Positions 32,236-42,100 are shown, counted from the stretch's first letter. The stretch: 64,000 bases of DNA from an uncultured Opitutus sp. (GCA_965652375.1 CBFGUO010000018.1:29343-93342), one strand, 5' to 3'. Notes: generated from the letters alone by a model not told the origin. Numbers and translations are program-made.

Positions 32236-34152
32236 TCAGGCGACGGCGACGGCTACGGCGGCGGTCGCTTGGGGGGCGGCGGCGTTGAGCCAGAGGTGGC
32301 GGAGGGTGGCGCCGAAGCGGGCGGCCTGGCCGGCGTGGTCCATGAGCGGGCTGGCCTGCAACTCGGCGCGGAGGCCGGTGCTGAGGCGTGCAAGTTTTTC
32401 TCGGTCGGTGATGAGTTCGCGGGCGATGCGCAGGTAGTCGTCGGGATTGGCGGCGATCCACTCGGGGTGGCCCACGGCATTCAGTAGGGAGACGCCGACG
32501 CGGTTGGCGTGACGGTCGCCGGCGAGCGTAACGACCGGGCGTCCCATCCAAAGGGCTTCACAGGTAGTGGTCGTCCCGTGGTAGGGCAGCGGATCGAGCG
32601 CGACATCGATTTCCCGATAAAGTGCAAGGTGGCTCATCGTGTCGGACGTGCGGCCGCGCAGATCCAGGCGGGCGGTGTCGATACCGTGGGCGGCAAAGCG
32701 GCGGCGCACGGTGTCGGCGAGGTCGGTTTGCTCGAGACCGGCGCTCTTGAGCACGAGGCGGCTCGCGGGGACCTGGTTGAGGAGCTGCGACCAAAGCGCG
32801 ATCGTGGCGTCGCTCACCTTGGTCAAGGCATTGAACGAGCCGAAGGTGGGCGGGCGGGCAGGCGGCACGGCGACGGGCGGCGGTGCGACCGAAGTCTCTG
32901 CCTCGGGCGGCGGCGCGTAGGACCAGAGCGTATCGGCAAAGCGAACGAGTTGTTCGCTCGCTCGCGCCTCGCTGGCGGGCTCGATCGGATCGGTGTAGGC
33001 GTCCACGAGACGGTAGTCCATCGACGAGAGGCCGGTCGTGTCGGGGTAGCCGAGGTAGTTGATCTGGAGCGGGGCGATGCGGCGCGCAAAGACGCCGAGG
33101 CGGTGTAACCCGGTGTGACCGGCGAGATCGATGGCCAGGTGCGGGCGGAGGGCGCGCAGGCGTTGGGTTACGGCAGCGTCGGACTGACCGTGAATGTTTT
33201 CCCAATGGTCGGCGAGCTGGCGGAGGGTTTGGGAAATGTCGTCCTCGAGGTGGTGATCGTGGAGGAGGAGGATCTCGAAGGCGTCGCGATCGAGGTGCTG
33301 GAGCAGCGGCAGGAGAAACCAGGCCACCGAGTGCCGGCGCAGGTCCTGAGAGATGAAGGCCACGCGCAGACGGGACGGGGCGGGAGCGTCGGGTTGCAGG
33401 CGCAGGCTGGCGGTCGTGCGGTCCTCGAGTGGCGCGAGTTGCTCGCCGAAGGCGCGATGCTCGGTGGCGAGCTGCGCGGGGGTGATGTCGTCGAGGTAGT
33501 GCAGCGTGAGCAGGCGTCCGCTGCGGGCTTCGAGGTCGTGCGGATCGAGGGCGAGCGCGGCGCCGAAAGCGGCGGCGGCTTCGGGCAGCCGGTAACTTTG
33601 CTGCAGGAGCAGGGCGCGGGCGGTGTGCGCCTTGGGCAGGGCGGGATCGAGCGTGAGCGCACGATCGAGCGCGGCCTCGGCCGCGGCCAGCTCGCCGGTG
33701 TAGACCAGCGCGATCCCGAGGTTGCACCAGGCTTGCGGCCAGTCGGGGTTGGCGACGGTGGCGGCGCGAAAATGCGGCACGGCGGCGGCGTGCCCGTGGG
33801 TGATCAGCGTGAGCGAGCCGAGCCGATCGTGCGCTTCGGCATGACGTGCATCGGCCTGCACGGCCGCCTGGAATGCGGCGCCGGCCTCGACGAGACGGCC
33901 GAGTGCCTGGAGGGCGATGCCGTGACGCATGGCGCAGGTGGCATCGGCGGGCTTGAGCTGTCGGGCGCGCGCGAGGAGGTCGAGGGCGAGGCGCGGACTG
34001 TTGCGCTGCAATTCCAGGGTGCCGGAGAGGTGCCAGGCATCGAAGGCCTGCGGGGCGAGGCGGCGCACCTGCGCGTAGTCGCGTGCGGCCGCGTCGAACT
34101 GGCCGGCGCGGTGCGCGGCAAAGGCGCGCTGGAGAAGCTGGGCGGGGGTCAT
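32236..34152 (-). CDS. TPR + GT41 (SPY/FlmG-like) protein glycosyltransferase
   Basis: 638 aa after trimming to MTPAQLLQRAFAAHRAGQFD. N-terminal TPRs are followed by YLGYPDTTG, FGSFNALTKV and LDPLPYHGTTTTCEALWMGRPVVTL. Confidence 0.8.
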   Translation of the reverse strand: MTPAQLLQRAFAAHRAGQFDAAARDYAQVRRLAPQAFDAWHLSGTLELQRNSPRLALDLLARARQLKPADATCAMRHGIALQALGRLVEAGAAFQAAVQADARHAEAHDRLGSLTLITHGHAAAVPHFRAATVANPDWPQAWCNLGIALVYTGELAAAEAALDRALTLDPALPKAHTARALLLQQSYRLPEAAAAFGAALALDPHDLEARSGRLLTLHYLDDITPAQLATEHRAFGEQLAPLEDRTTASLRLQPDAPAPSRLRVAFISQDLRRHSVAWFLLPLLQHLDRDAFEILLLHDHHLEDDISQTLRQLADHWENIHGQSDAAVTQRLRALRPHLAIDLAGHTGLHRLGVFARRIAPLQINYLGYPDTTGLSSMDYRLVDAYTDPIEPASEARASEQLVRFADTLWSYAPPPEAETSVAPPPVAVPPARPPTFGSFNALTKVSDATIALWSQLLNQVPASRLVLKSAGLEQTDLADTVRRRFAAHGIDTARLDLRGRTSDTMSHLALYREIDVALDPLPYHGTTTTCEALWMGRPVVTLAGDRHANRVGVSLLNAVGHPEWIAANPDDYLRIARELITDREKLARLSTGLRAELQASPLMDHAGQAARFGATLRHLWLNAAAPQATAAVAVAVA

Positions 34153-34175
34153 GCGAGAGCGGGCGGGGGCGGGCC

Positions 34176-36074
34176 CTAAGCCGCGGCGGCGTGGGCTGGC
34201 AGCTCCGCGACTTCGCCGTGCCAACAGGCTTCGAGGGCGGTGGCGAATCGGCGGGCTTGACCGGCGTGATCGAGCAAGGGCGAGGCCTGCATGGCCGCGC
34301 GGAGCGTGCGCGTTTGCAGGTCGCGCAGGGCGTTGCGATCCGCCGCAAGTTGGCGGGCGAGGTCGATGTAGTCCTCTTCGCTGGCGGCGATCCACTCGGG
34401 GTGGCCGATTGCGGAAAGGAGGGAGGCGCCGACGCGGTTGGCGTGGCGTTGGCCGGCGAGGGTGACCACGGGGCGGCCCATCCACAGGGCTTCGCAGGTG
34501 GTGGTCGTGCCGTGGTAGGGCAGGGGATCGAGCGCGATGTCGATCCCGGCGTAGTCGGCGAGATGGCCGGCGGTGTCGGGCCGGCTGGGCAGAACCTCGA
34601 TGCGCGCGGGGTCGATGCCGGCCCGGCCGGCCGCGGCGCTTGCGGCCTCCGGCGACAGGCCGGGGCTCTTGAGCACGAGGCGGGAGCCGCGCACGGCCTT
34701 CAAAACCTTTGCCCAGACTTCGAGGGTGCGTGGGGAGACTTTGGCAAAGTTGTTGAAGGAGCCGAAGGTGAGGGGTCCGCCGGCGGCGCCCGGTCCGGGC
34801 TGCGGATCGCCGGCTTCGGGCGGCGGCTGGTAGGCCCAGGCGGTGGAGGCGAAGCGCACGCGGGTTTCGGTGGTGTGCGGGCAGGCCTGGTCGGCCGGAT
34901 CGGTCACCGCATCAACGAGGCGGTAGTCGATCGCGGGCACGCCGGTCGTGTCGGGGTAGCCCAGGTAGGTGAGTTGCACGGGGGCGATGCGTTCGGCGAA
35001 GGCGGCGAGACGATTGCCGCCGGTATGGCCGCCGAGTTCGACGGCGAGGTCGAGGGCGTCGGCGCGGGCGACTTTCACGAAGTCGGGTACGGAGAGTGAA
35101 ACGGTTTCACGCCAGACATCGGCCAGCTGCCGGAGCTCGGCGGAAATCTCGTCGGTGATCCCGTGATCGTGGTAGAGCGTGATTAGGAAGCGGCTGCGGT
35201 CGAGGTGGCGCAGGAGCGGCAGCATGAACCAGGCGACGGAGTGCCGGCGAAAATCGGCCGAGACGAAGCCGATGCGCAGGCGACGGCCGATGGAGGAGCG
35301 GGCGGTGAGCCGGTGCGCCTTGGGGAGGGCGGAGCGCCAGGCGGACAGGGCGGCGGCGTGCGCGGCATCGTCGCGCTCGTCGAGGTATTGCCGGCACAGC
35401 AGGCGGGCGCTGTGGGCGGCGAGGTGGCCGGGTTCGCGGCGCAGGTGTTGATCGTAATCCGCGAGCGCCTCGGGCAGGCGGTGCAGTTGCTGCAGGGCGA
35501 TGGCGCGGCCGTAACGAGCCCGCGGATACGGCTGCCGCGCACCGAGGGCGGCATCCTGCGCGGCGAGACCGGCGGCGGGTTCACCGAGCAGGCAGTGGGT
35601 TTGCCCGAGGTTGTAGGCGTACTGGCCGTTGGCCGGCTCGATGGCGGCGGCCCGGCGGTGGCATTCCAGGGCCTCGGCGATGGCGCCACGGGACTTGAGC
35701 ACGATGCCCAGATTGTCCCAGGCCTCCGCCATGGGTGGTTCGGAGTCCGTGAGGGCGCGCAGGCGTTGTTCGGCGGCTTCGAGGCGACCGGCGGCGCGCT
35801 CGGCCAGGGCGAGCCGGAGGAGGCAGACGCGGTCGCGCGGGCTGACGCGGTGCGCGGCGGAGAGCAGGCGCAGGGCCTGGTCGGAGTTGCCCTGCTGAAG
35901 GGCCACCAGGCCGCTGAGATGCAGGGCATCGAAGTTGCGCTGATCCAGACGCAGGACGGCTGCATAGCGGGCGGCGGCGTCGGCGAGTCGGCCGGCCCGG
36001 TGGAGGCGCAGGGCATCCTGCAGCAGCGAGGTCACGGAGGTTGGAGTAGGCACTATCACCCGGGTGATCGGCAC
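34176..36074 (-). CDS. TPR + GT41 (SPY/FlmG-like) protein glycosyltransferase, tandem paralogue
   Basis: Same architecture and a near-identical C-terminal GT region. The ORF-track start (GTG at 36074) lies inside the predicted sigma-28 -10 box, so the true start is probably an in-frame GTG at 36053 or 36035. Confidence 0.8.
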   Translation of the reverse strand: MPITRVIVPTPTSVTSLLQDALRLHRAGRLADAAARYAAVLRLDQRNFDALHLSGLVALQQGNSDQALRLLSAAHRVSPRDRVCLLRLALAERAAGRLEAAEQRLRALTDSEPPMAEAWDNLGIVLKSRGAIAEALECHRRAAAIEPANGQYAYNLGQTHCLLGEPAAGLAAQDAALGARQPYPRARYGRAIALQQLHRLPEALADYDQHLRREPGHLAAHSARLLCRQYLDERDDAAHAAALSAWRSALPKAHRLTARSSIGRRLRIGFVSADFRRHSVAWFMLPLLRHLDRSRFLITLYHDHGITDEISAELRQLADVWRETVSLSVPDFVKVARADALDLAVELGGHTGGNRLAAFAERIAPVQLTYLGYPDTTGVPAIDYRLVDAVTDPADQACPHTTETRVRFASTAWAYQPPPEAGDPQPGPGAAGGPLTFGSFNNFAKVSPRTLEVWAKVLKAVRGSRLVLKSPGLSPEAASAAAGRAGIDPARIEVLPSRPDTAGHLADYAGIDIALDPLPYHGTTTTCEALWMGRPVVTLAGQRHANRVGASLLSAIGHPEWIAASEEDYIDLARQLAADRNALRDLQTRTLRAAMQASPLLDHAGQARRFATALEACWHGEVAELPAHAAAA

Positions 36075-36091
36075 CGCAGGCCCCAGCTTTA
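36065..36091 (-). promoter_or_regulatory. sigma-28 promoter at the head of the glycosylation operon
   Basis: Reverse strand reads TAAAGCTG-gggcctgcggt-GCCGATCA (6/8 and 7/8, N11). Confidence 0.6.
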
Positions 36092-36126
36092 GCGGAAGAT
36101 TTCCCCGAGAAAGTGGCGGATTCCAT

Positions 36127-36153
36127 TCAACCGGGACGGCGGCGGACCGATAG
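36127..36153 (+). promoter_or_regulatory. Weak sigma-28-like promoter for the HDOD/kinase operon
   Basis: TCAACCGG-N11-ACCGATAG. The -10 matches 6/8 and the -35 is poor. Its position favours the ATG at 36191 as the start. Confidence 0.3.
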
Positions 36154-36190
36154 GTCAGGTAGCACCCGGCCCGGCAGGGCCTTCGATCAC

Positions 36191-37117
36191 ATGGTTTCCA
36201 CAGAATTTTCCACCATCCCGCCTGCGACGGGACCGTATCCGGAGGATGAAATCCGGAAACGGCTGGAGGCGTGCCCCAAACTTGCCTCCCTGCAAAGTGT
36301 GAACCGCGCCCTGGCGGGTTTGGTGAACTCGGAGCAAAGCTACAACGCCCAGATCGCGGAGATCATCCGGCGCGATCCGTCGCTGACCACGCGCCTGCTG
36401 CGCATGGTCAACAGCGTGTTCTTCGGGCTCACCGCCAAGGTGAGCAACATCGAGGAGGCCGTCTTTTATCTGGGCGTCCGCCAGATTCGCGAATTGTCGA
36501 TGGCGACGCCGGTGCTGGAGGAACTCGAACGAATCAGCCCGACCGGGGTGCATCTGCCGTGGAGAGAATTGTGGAAACACTCGATCGGTTGCGCGATCAT
36601 GAGCCGCGAGGTGCTGGGCTCGACCGCGCTGATGCTCGATGACGATACGGATTACATCATCGGTCTGCTGCATCACATCGGCAAGGTCGGCATGGCGCTC
36701 GCCTTCCCGGCGGAGACGGCGATGATCACCCGCGGTCTCTACGAGACTCCGGAGGAAGTGGTCGAGAAGGAGCAGGAGCTCATCGGCTGGGACCACGCTC
36801 AGATCGGCGCGGCCTACCTGGAGCGCCACCGGCTTGCCCCCGAAATCGTGGCGGCGGTGCGCTGGCATCACGATCCCTTGAAGGCCGGCGAGCACAGTGC
36901 GTTTGCCGCGGCGGTGCAGTTGGCCGACCACATGGTGCGTTCCGTCGATATCCAGAACGGCTTCGAAAAACTGGCGCCGGTTGAGCCCGGTTCGTGGCGG
37001 GAGCTGCCCGCCTGGAACATCCTGTTCCAAGGTGAAACGCGGGAGGAGGAGATGGCGGAGACGGCGATCAACAATGCCTTGCGCCGGCTCCCGGGCATGT
37101 TGAACGGACTGGTGTGA
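36191..37117 (+). CDS. HDOD-domain protein
   Basis: LASLQSVNRALAGLVNSEQSYNAQIAEIIRRDPSLTTRLLRMVNSVFF and GLLHHIGKV. The start is uncertain (36113 or 36191). Confidence 0.8.
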   Translation: MVSTEFSTIPPATGPYPEDEIRKRLEACPKLASLQSVNRALAGLVNSEQSYNAQIAEIIRRDPSLTTRLLRMVNSVFFGLTAKVSNIEEAVFYLGVRQIRELSMATPVLEELERISPTGVHLPWRELWKHSIGCAIMSREVLGSTALMLDDDTDYIIGLLHHIGKVGMALAFPAETAMITRGLYETPEEVVEKEQELIGWDHAQIGAAYLERHRLAPEIVAAVRWHHDPLKAGEHSAFAAAVQLADHMVRSVDIQNGFEKLAPVEPGSWRELPAWNILFQGETREEEMAETAINNALRRLPGMLNGLV

Positions 37118-39039
37118 TGCCCATGAGCACCGAGATCACAGCCTGCGCCGCGACTCCTCCGGTTGACGCCGGGGCCTTGGTGTCGGCCTGGACCGAGAGC
37201 ATGGAGCTCGCGGTGGTGTGTGATCGCGAGCATGTGATCCTGGCCTGTAATCCCGCTTTTGCCCGCAAGTTCGGCGGACGCGAGGAATGGCTGGGACGAC
37301 GTCTCGACGAGCGGGTGCATCCCGACGACTCCCTCGAGTGGCGCAACGCCGGCACACGCCTCGACCTGCGGCCCTGGCACATCTCGCGCGAGCACCGCTG
37401 GCAGACCGTGCAGGGCTGGCGCTGGATCGCCTGGGAGGAGACCGGTCTGCGCGCCGAGGACGGCGAGGTGTGGGCGGTGCGCATGATCGGCCGCGACGTG
37501 ACCAAGCGCCGCCTGGGCGAAGAACATTTTTCCAAACTGGCGAAGGCCATCGACCAGAGCCCGACCGCGGTGGTGCTTTCGACCCCCGAGGGCCAGGTGC
37601 AGTATGTAAATCCTCGATACACCGAGATCACCGGCCTCACGCTGGAGGAGATCTTCGAGCAGGAGATCGAGGTGCTCGGCCGCGGTTTTGATGATCCCGC
37701 CAAGTACCGCGACGTGCTGGAGCAGGTGCGCCGCGGCGGATCGTGGAGCGGTGAAGTCTGCTCATGGGGGCGGGACGAAAAGGAACTGTGGGAGTTCGTG
37801 CAGATCACGCCCATCCGCAACCATGCCGACGAGGTCGTGCAGTTCCTGTGCCTGCGCGAGGACATCACGCAGCGCAAGACCCTCGAGCTGCAGCTGCGCC
37901 AGGCGCAGAAGATGGACAGCCTCGGCACGCTCGCCGGCGGTATCGCCCACGACTTCAACAACATCATCGCGATCGTGAAGGGGTATACGGAGTTCTGCCT
38001 GAGCCGCACCGAGGATGCGTCGCTGCAGCGTTACCTGGGCGAGATCCACAAGGCCTCCCAGCGCGCGGTGGGTCTGGTGCGCCAGATCCTCACCTTCTCC
38101 CGCAAGGCCGAGGTGAGCACCCGTCCGGTCGACATCAACGCGCTGCTCAACGAGCTCGGTCGCCTGTTTTCCGAGACCTTCCCGCGCACGATCGAATTTC
38201 AATTCAACCTGGCGCCGGACCTGCCGGCCCTGATCGCCGACCCCAACCAGTTGCAGCAGGTCATCATGAACCTGTGTGTGAATGCGCGTGACGCCATGCC
38301 CGACGGCGGTCGCTTGCGACTGGCGAGCTCGCGGGTGCGCGGCAACCAGATCTCCGATCAGCAGAACATCGACCCGAAGCGCGACTACGTGTGCATCACC
38401 ATCGCCGACAACGGTCAGGGCATGCCGCCGGATGTGCGGGCGCGGATTTTCGAACCGTTCTTCACCACCAAGATGAAGAAGGGCGGCACCGGGCTCGGCC
38501 TGTCGGTTGTCTACGGGATCGTGGTCAACCACCAGGGCGCGCTCACGGTCGAGAGTGCGCCGGGCAAGGGCACGACGTTCAAGGCGTACTTCCCCTTGGT
38601 GGAATCGAGGGACAAGCAGGGTGCGGTCGTCGAAACCGAGAAGCGCACGGTCCCGCGGGGCACCGAAAACCTGCTCATCGTCGAGGACGAAGAGAGCCTG
38701 CGCGAGCTGCTGGGCACCGCGATGAAGGAACTCGGCTACTCGATCGAGACGGCTGAGCACGGCCTGGCCGCGGCCGAGCGCCTGCTCAACGGCGGCGGAG
38801 CCGATCTCGATGCGATTCTGCTCGATCTCAATCTACCCGGCATGAACGGCATTGAGGTACTGCGCTCGGTGCGACGCATCCGGCCACAGTTGCCTGTGAT
38901 CATCATCAGCGGCAATGTCGGTCGCGATCATCGCGAACAGCTCGACCAGCTCGGGGTCGGCGACGTGATCGTGAAACCCTACAGCCTGGCGGACATCGGC
39001 CAAAGGCTGCGCGCGGTGCTCGACAAGGCGAAGGCCTGA
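37117..39039 (+). CDS. PAS-PAS hybrid sensor histidine kinase (HisKA-HATPase-REC)
   Basis: H-box LAGGIAHDFNNII, N-box MNLCVNARDAM, G-boxes DNGQGM and GGTGLGLS, and a C-terminal REC (LIVEDEE...LLDLNLPGMNG...VKPY). GTGATG junction with the HDOD stop. Confidence 0.9.
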   Translation: MPMSTEITACAATPPVDAGALVSAWTESMELAVVCDREHVILACNPAFARKFGGREEWLGRRLDERVHPDDSLEWRNAGTRLDLRPWHISREHRWQTVQGWRWIAWEETGLRAEDGEVWAVRMIGRDVTKRRLGEEHFSKLAKAIDQSPTAVVLSTPEGQVQYVNPRYTEITGLTLEEIFEQEIEVLGRGFDDPAKYRDVLEQVRRGGSWSGEVCSWGRDEKELWEFVQITPIRNHADEVVQFLCLREDITQRKTLELQLRQAQKMDSLGTLAGGIAHDFNNIIAIVKGYTEFCLSRTEDASLQRYLGEIHKASQRAVGLVRQILTFSRKAEVSTRPVDINALLNELGRLFSETFPRTIEFQFNLAPDLPALIADPNQLQQVIMNLCVNARDAMPDGGRLRLASSRVRGNQISDQQNIDPKRDYVCITIADNGQGMPPDVRARIFEPFFTTKMKKGGTGLGLSVVYGIVVNHQGALTVESAPGKGTTFKAYFPLVESRDKQGAVVETEKRTVPRGTENLLIVEDEESLRELLGTAMKELGYSIETAEHGLAAAERLLNGGGADLDAILLDLNLPGMNGIEVLRSVRRIRPQLPVIIISGNVGRDHREQLDQLGVGDVIVKPYSLADIGQRLRAVLDKAKA

Positions 39040-39065
39040 GTTGGGGGAGGCGTGAGCGCCACCCT

Positions 39066-39147
39066 CATGGGACCTATGGGACGAATAGGACCTATGGTAC
39101 TCCCGTTATTTGGGCCATCGGTCCCAAAGGTCCTATATGTCCCATGG
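39066..39147. repeat. 9-nt-period inverted repeat (GGGAC/GTCCC family) between convergent kinase genes
   Basis: The 5' arm is atgggacct atgggacga ataggacct atgg. After a loop, the 3' arm is ccatcg gtcccaaag gtcctatat gtcccatgg. Confidence 0.7.
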
Positions 39148-39182
39148 GGAGACGGCGCCCGCCCCCGTCCCGCGTCCCGTTC

Positions 39183-42100
39183 CTACGCGGCCGCGTCTTC
39201 GGCGGTGGGGTCGCCGAGGTAGCGCTTCAGCGCCGCCGCGACCGCACTTTGGTGGATCGGCTTGGGAATGTAGTCGTTCATGCCGGCCTCCAGGCAGCGC
39301 TCGCGGTCGCCCTGCATGGCGTTGGCCGTCATGGCGACGATGGGGATGGCGTGGTTGCGCACCGCCGAGTCGGATGACCGGATGACGGCGGTGGCTTCGA
39401 AGCCGTCCATTTCCGGCATCTGGCAATCCATGAACACGAGGTCGTAGTCGATTTCCTCGAGCACCTTCACGGCTTCGCGTCCGTTGCCGACCGTGTCGAC
39501 GTGGCAGCCGAATTTTTTCACCATGGCGCGGGCGACCTTTTGGTTGACCGCGTTGTCCTCGACCAGCAGGACGCGGAAGGCGTCGTAGCGGTCGATTTTC
39601 ACCGGGTGCGGCGGGCGCGTCGTCGTCGTGCCGGTCGAAGTGTCGAGCATGCGCAGCAGGGACATGAGCGGGTCGCGCCGCACGGGTTTGGCCAGCCGTT
39701 CCTTGTAGACGCCGAGCAGCGACGATTCCACCGGCAGGGTCATCGGATGCATCCACACCAGGCGGATGCCGGGCTGTTCGCTTTCCACCGGCAGTTTGCA
39801 GGCGAAGCGCAGCAATTTGTCCGGCGGCAGTTCGGAGGAAACCAGCACGAGGTCGTAGGGCTGCGCGGTGAGGGCGGCGCGACGCAGCTCCTCGGTGGCG
39901 GCTGCGAGATCGGTCACCTCGTGGTGCCAGAGGACGCACTGGCCGAGCAGGCTGCCGATCTGCAGCCGGGTGGCATCGCGGGGCTCGATGACGAGGGTGC
40001 GGGTATCGACCTTGGGCGGCCGCGGCTGGGCCTTGGCGGCCAGCGGCAGGTCGGCGGTGAACCAGAAAGTGGAGCCGTTGCCGCGTTCGCTTTCCACGCC
40101 GATGTCGCCGCCCATGAGGATGGCGAGCTGGCGGCAGATGGCGAGGCCCAGGCCGGTGCCGCCGTATTTGCGGGTGGTCGAGCTGTCGATCTGGCTGAAG
40201 GGGAGGAAGAGCTGCGACTGGCGGTCCTTGGGAATGCCGATGCCGGAGTCGCGCACGGCGAAGCGCACCTTGGGCACCGCGCCGGCCGGGGCCGGCTGCA
40301 CCAGTGTAGCCGAAACAGTGATACGGCCCTGCGAGGTGAACTTGACGGCGTTGCCCAGCAGGTTGACGAGGATCTGCCGCAGGCGCCCGGGATCGCCCTT
40401 GACCCGGGCGGGGACCGACGGATCGACGTGGCCGACGATCTCGAGTTTCTTCTCGAGCGCGCGCACCGCGAGGACGTCGACGGCTTCCTCGACCGTGTCG
40501 CGCACGTCGAAGTCGATGTGCTCGAGGTCGAGCCGGCCGGCCTCGATCTTGGAGAAGTCGAGGATGTCGTTGATGACCTGCAGGAGGTTTTCGCCGGACG
40601 TGCGCACGATCTCGAGGTAGCTGCGCTGCTCGGCGGTGAGGGTCGTCTGGAGGAGCAGTCCGGTCATGCCGATCACGCCGTTCATCGGCGTGCGGATCTC
40701 GTGCGACATGTTGGCGAGGAAGGCGCTCTTGGCGAGGTTGGCGGCCTCGGCCTGGGCGGCGAGTTCCTTGGAATGGGCGAAGGCTTCCTGGAGCTGCTGG
40801 TTGGTGGACTCGAGATCCTCCTTGGAGCGGTGCAGGCTTTCTTCGGTGCTCTTCAGCTCGGTGATGTCGGCGATGTGGCCATGCCAGAGGGTCGAGCCGT
40901 CGGATTCGCGGGACGGGTTGGCGTGCACCAAGAGCCAGCGCATCTGGCCGGTGGGCGGTATGACGCGGTATTCCTGACGCCAGGGCTGGAGGGTGCGGGC
41001 GGAGGCGTAGATGGCGTCGACCACCATCGCGAAGTCCTCGGGATGAAGGGAGGAGAAGATGGCGGAGGCGTCGTCGACCACCTGTTCCGGGGTGCGACCA
41101 TAGATGTCGCGGATGCCATCGCTGGCGTAGGGCAGGCAGGACGTGCCGTCGGGGCGCAGCTTGAACTGGAACACCATGCCGGGCACGAGGGACGCGATCT
41201 TGTGCAGACGCTGGCTGGCCTCGGTGCGGGCGGCGTCGACGTGGCGACGCTCCGTCACGTCGTAGGCCATCGTGATGTGGCCGGCGAAGTTGCCCTTGCT
41301 GTCATGCACGGGGTCGATGCGCAGGCGCACCCAGTAGGCACGGCCCTCCCGGTTGTAATTGAGCACCTCCTCCTCGATGCTGGCGCCGGCGCGGATGCCT
41401 TCCTCGATGCGCAGCGAGGCGGCCACGTCGGTGGCGGGTCCGCGCAGCAGCTCGGCGATGGGCCGGCCGCGGACCTCGTCGGCATCGTAGCCGGTCAGGC
41501 GGGTGAAACCGTCGTTGACCCATTCGATCTCGCCGTCGGCGGTCGACATGATGACGGCGTTGGTTGTGCGGCTGGCCACCAGCGACAGGCGGCTCATCTC
41601 GGCCTGGGCGATCCGCCGGGCGGTGATGTCCTCCAGAAGGTAGAAGGTGTGGGTGATGGCCTCATGCTCGTCGCGCAGACAGGAGATCTGCGTGTGGGCC
41701 CAGAAGGTTTCATCGTCGCGGGTGCGGTGCAGGACGTCGCCGCTCCAGGCTTCGCCGAGCCGGAGGGCGCGGTCACGGGCGCTCAAAACTTCGACGGGTG
41801 TGCCGGTGGCCTGGATACAGCGGATATGGCGGCCGATGGCTTCCTCGGCGGAGTAGCCCGTGAGGATGGTGAAGGCCGGATTGACCTCGGTAATGTTGCC
41901 TTCGCGGTCGGTGACGACGACGGCGAGCGGGAGTTGGGAAAGGATGCGGGCGACGAGACTTTCGTAGGGACTGGCGGAGGGGGGCGCCTCGAGGGCCGAG
42001 CGATGGGACGTCGCGACGGGGGCGGTCGGGCGCACCTGCAGCAGGGCACCTGTGCCGATGCTCAGGCTGCAGGCGTGAAACGAGATTTCCGCGCCGGGTT

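Noticed and set aside
12467-36091. The glycosylation island as a horizontally acquired mobile island.
   Set aside because: There is no integrase, transposase, tRNA or flanking direct repeats. Composition and codon style look the same as the flanking flagellar genes by eye. I could not compute GC skew or codon bias, so this stays open but unsupported.
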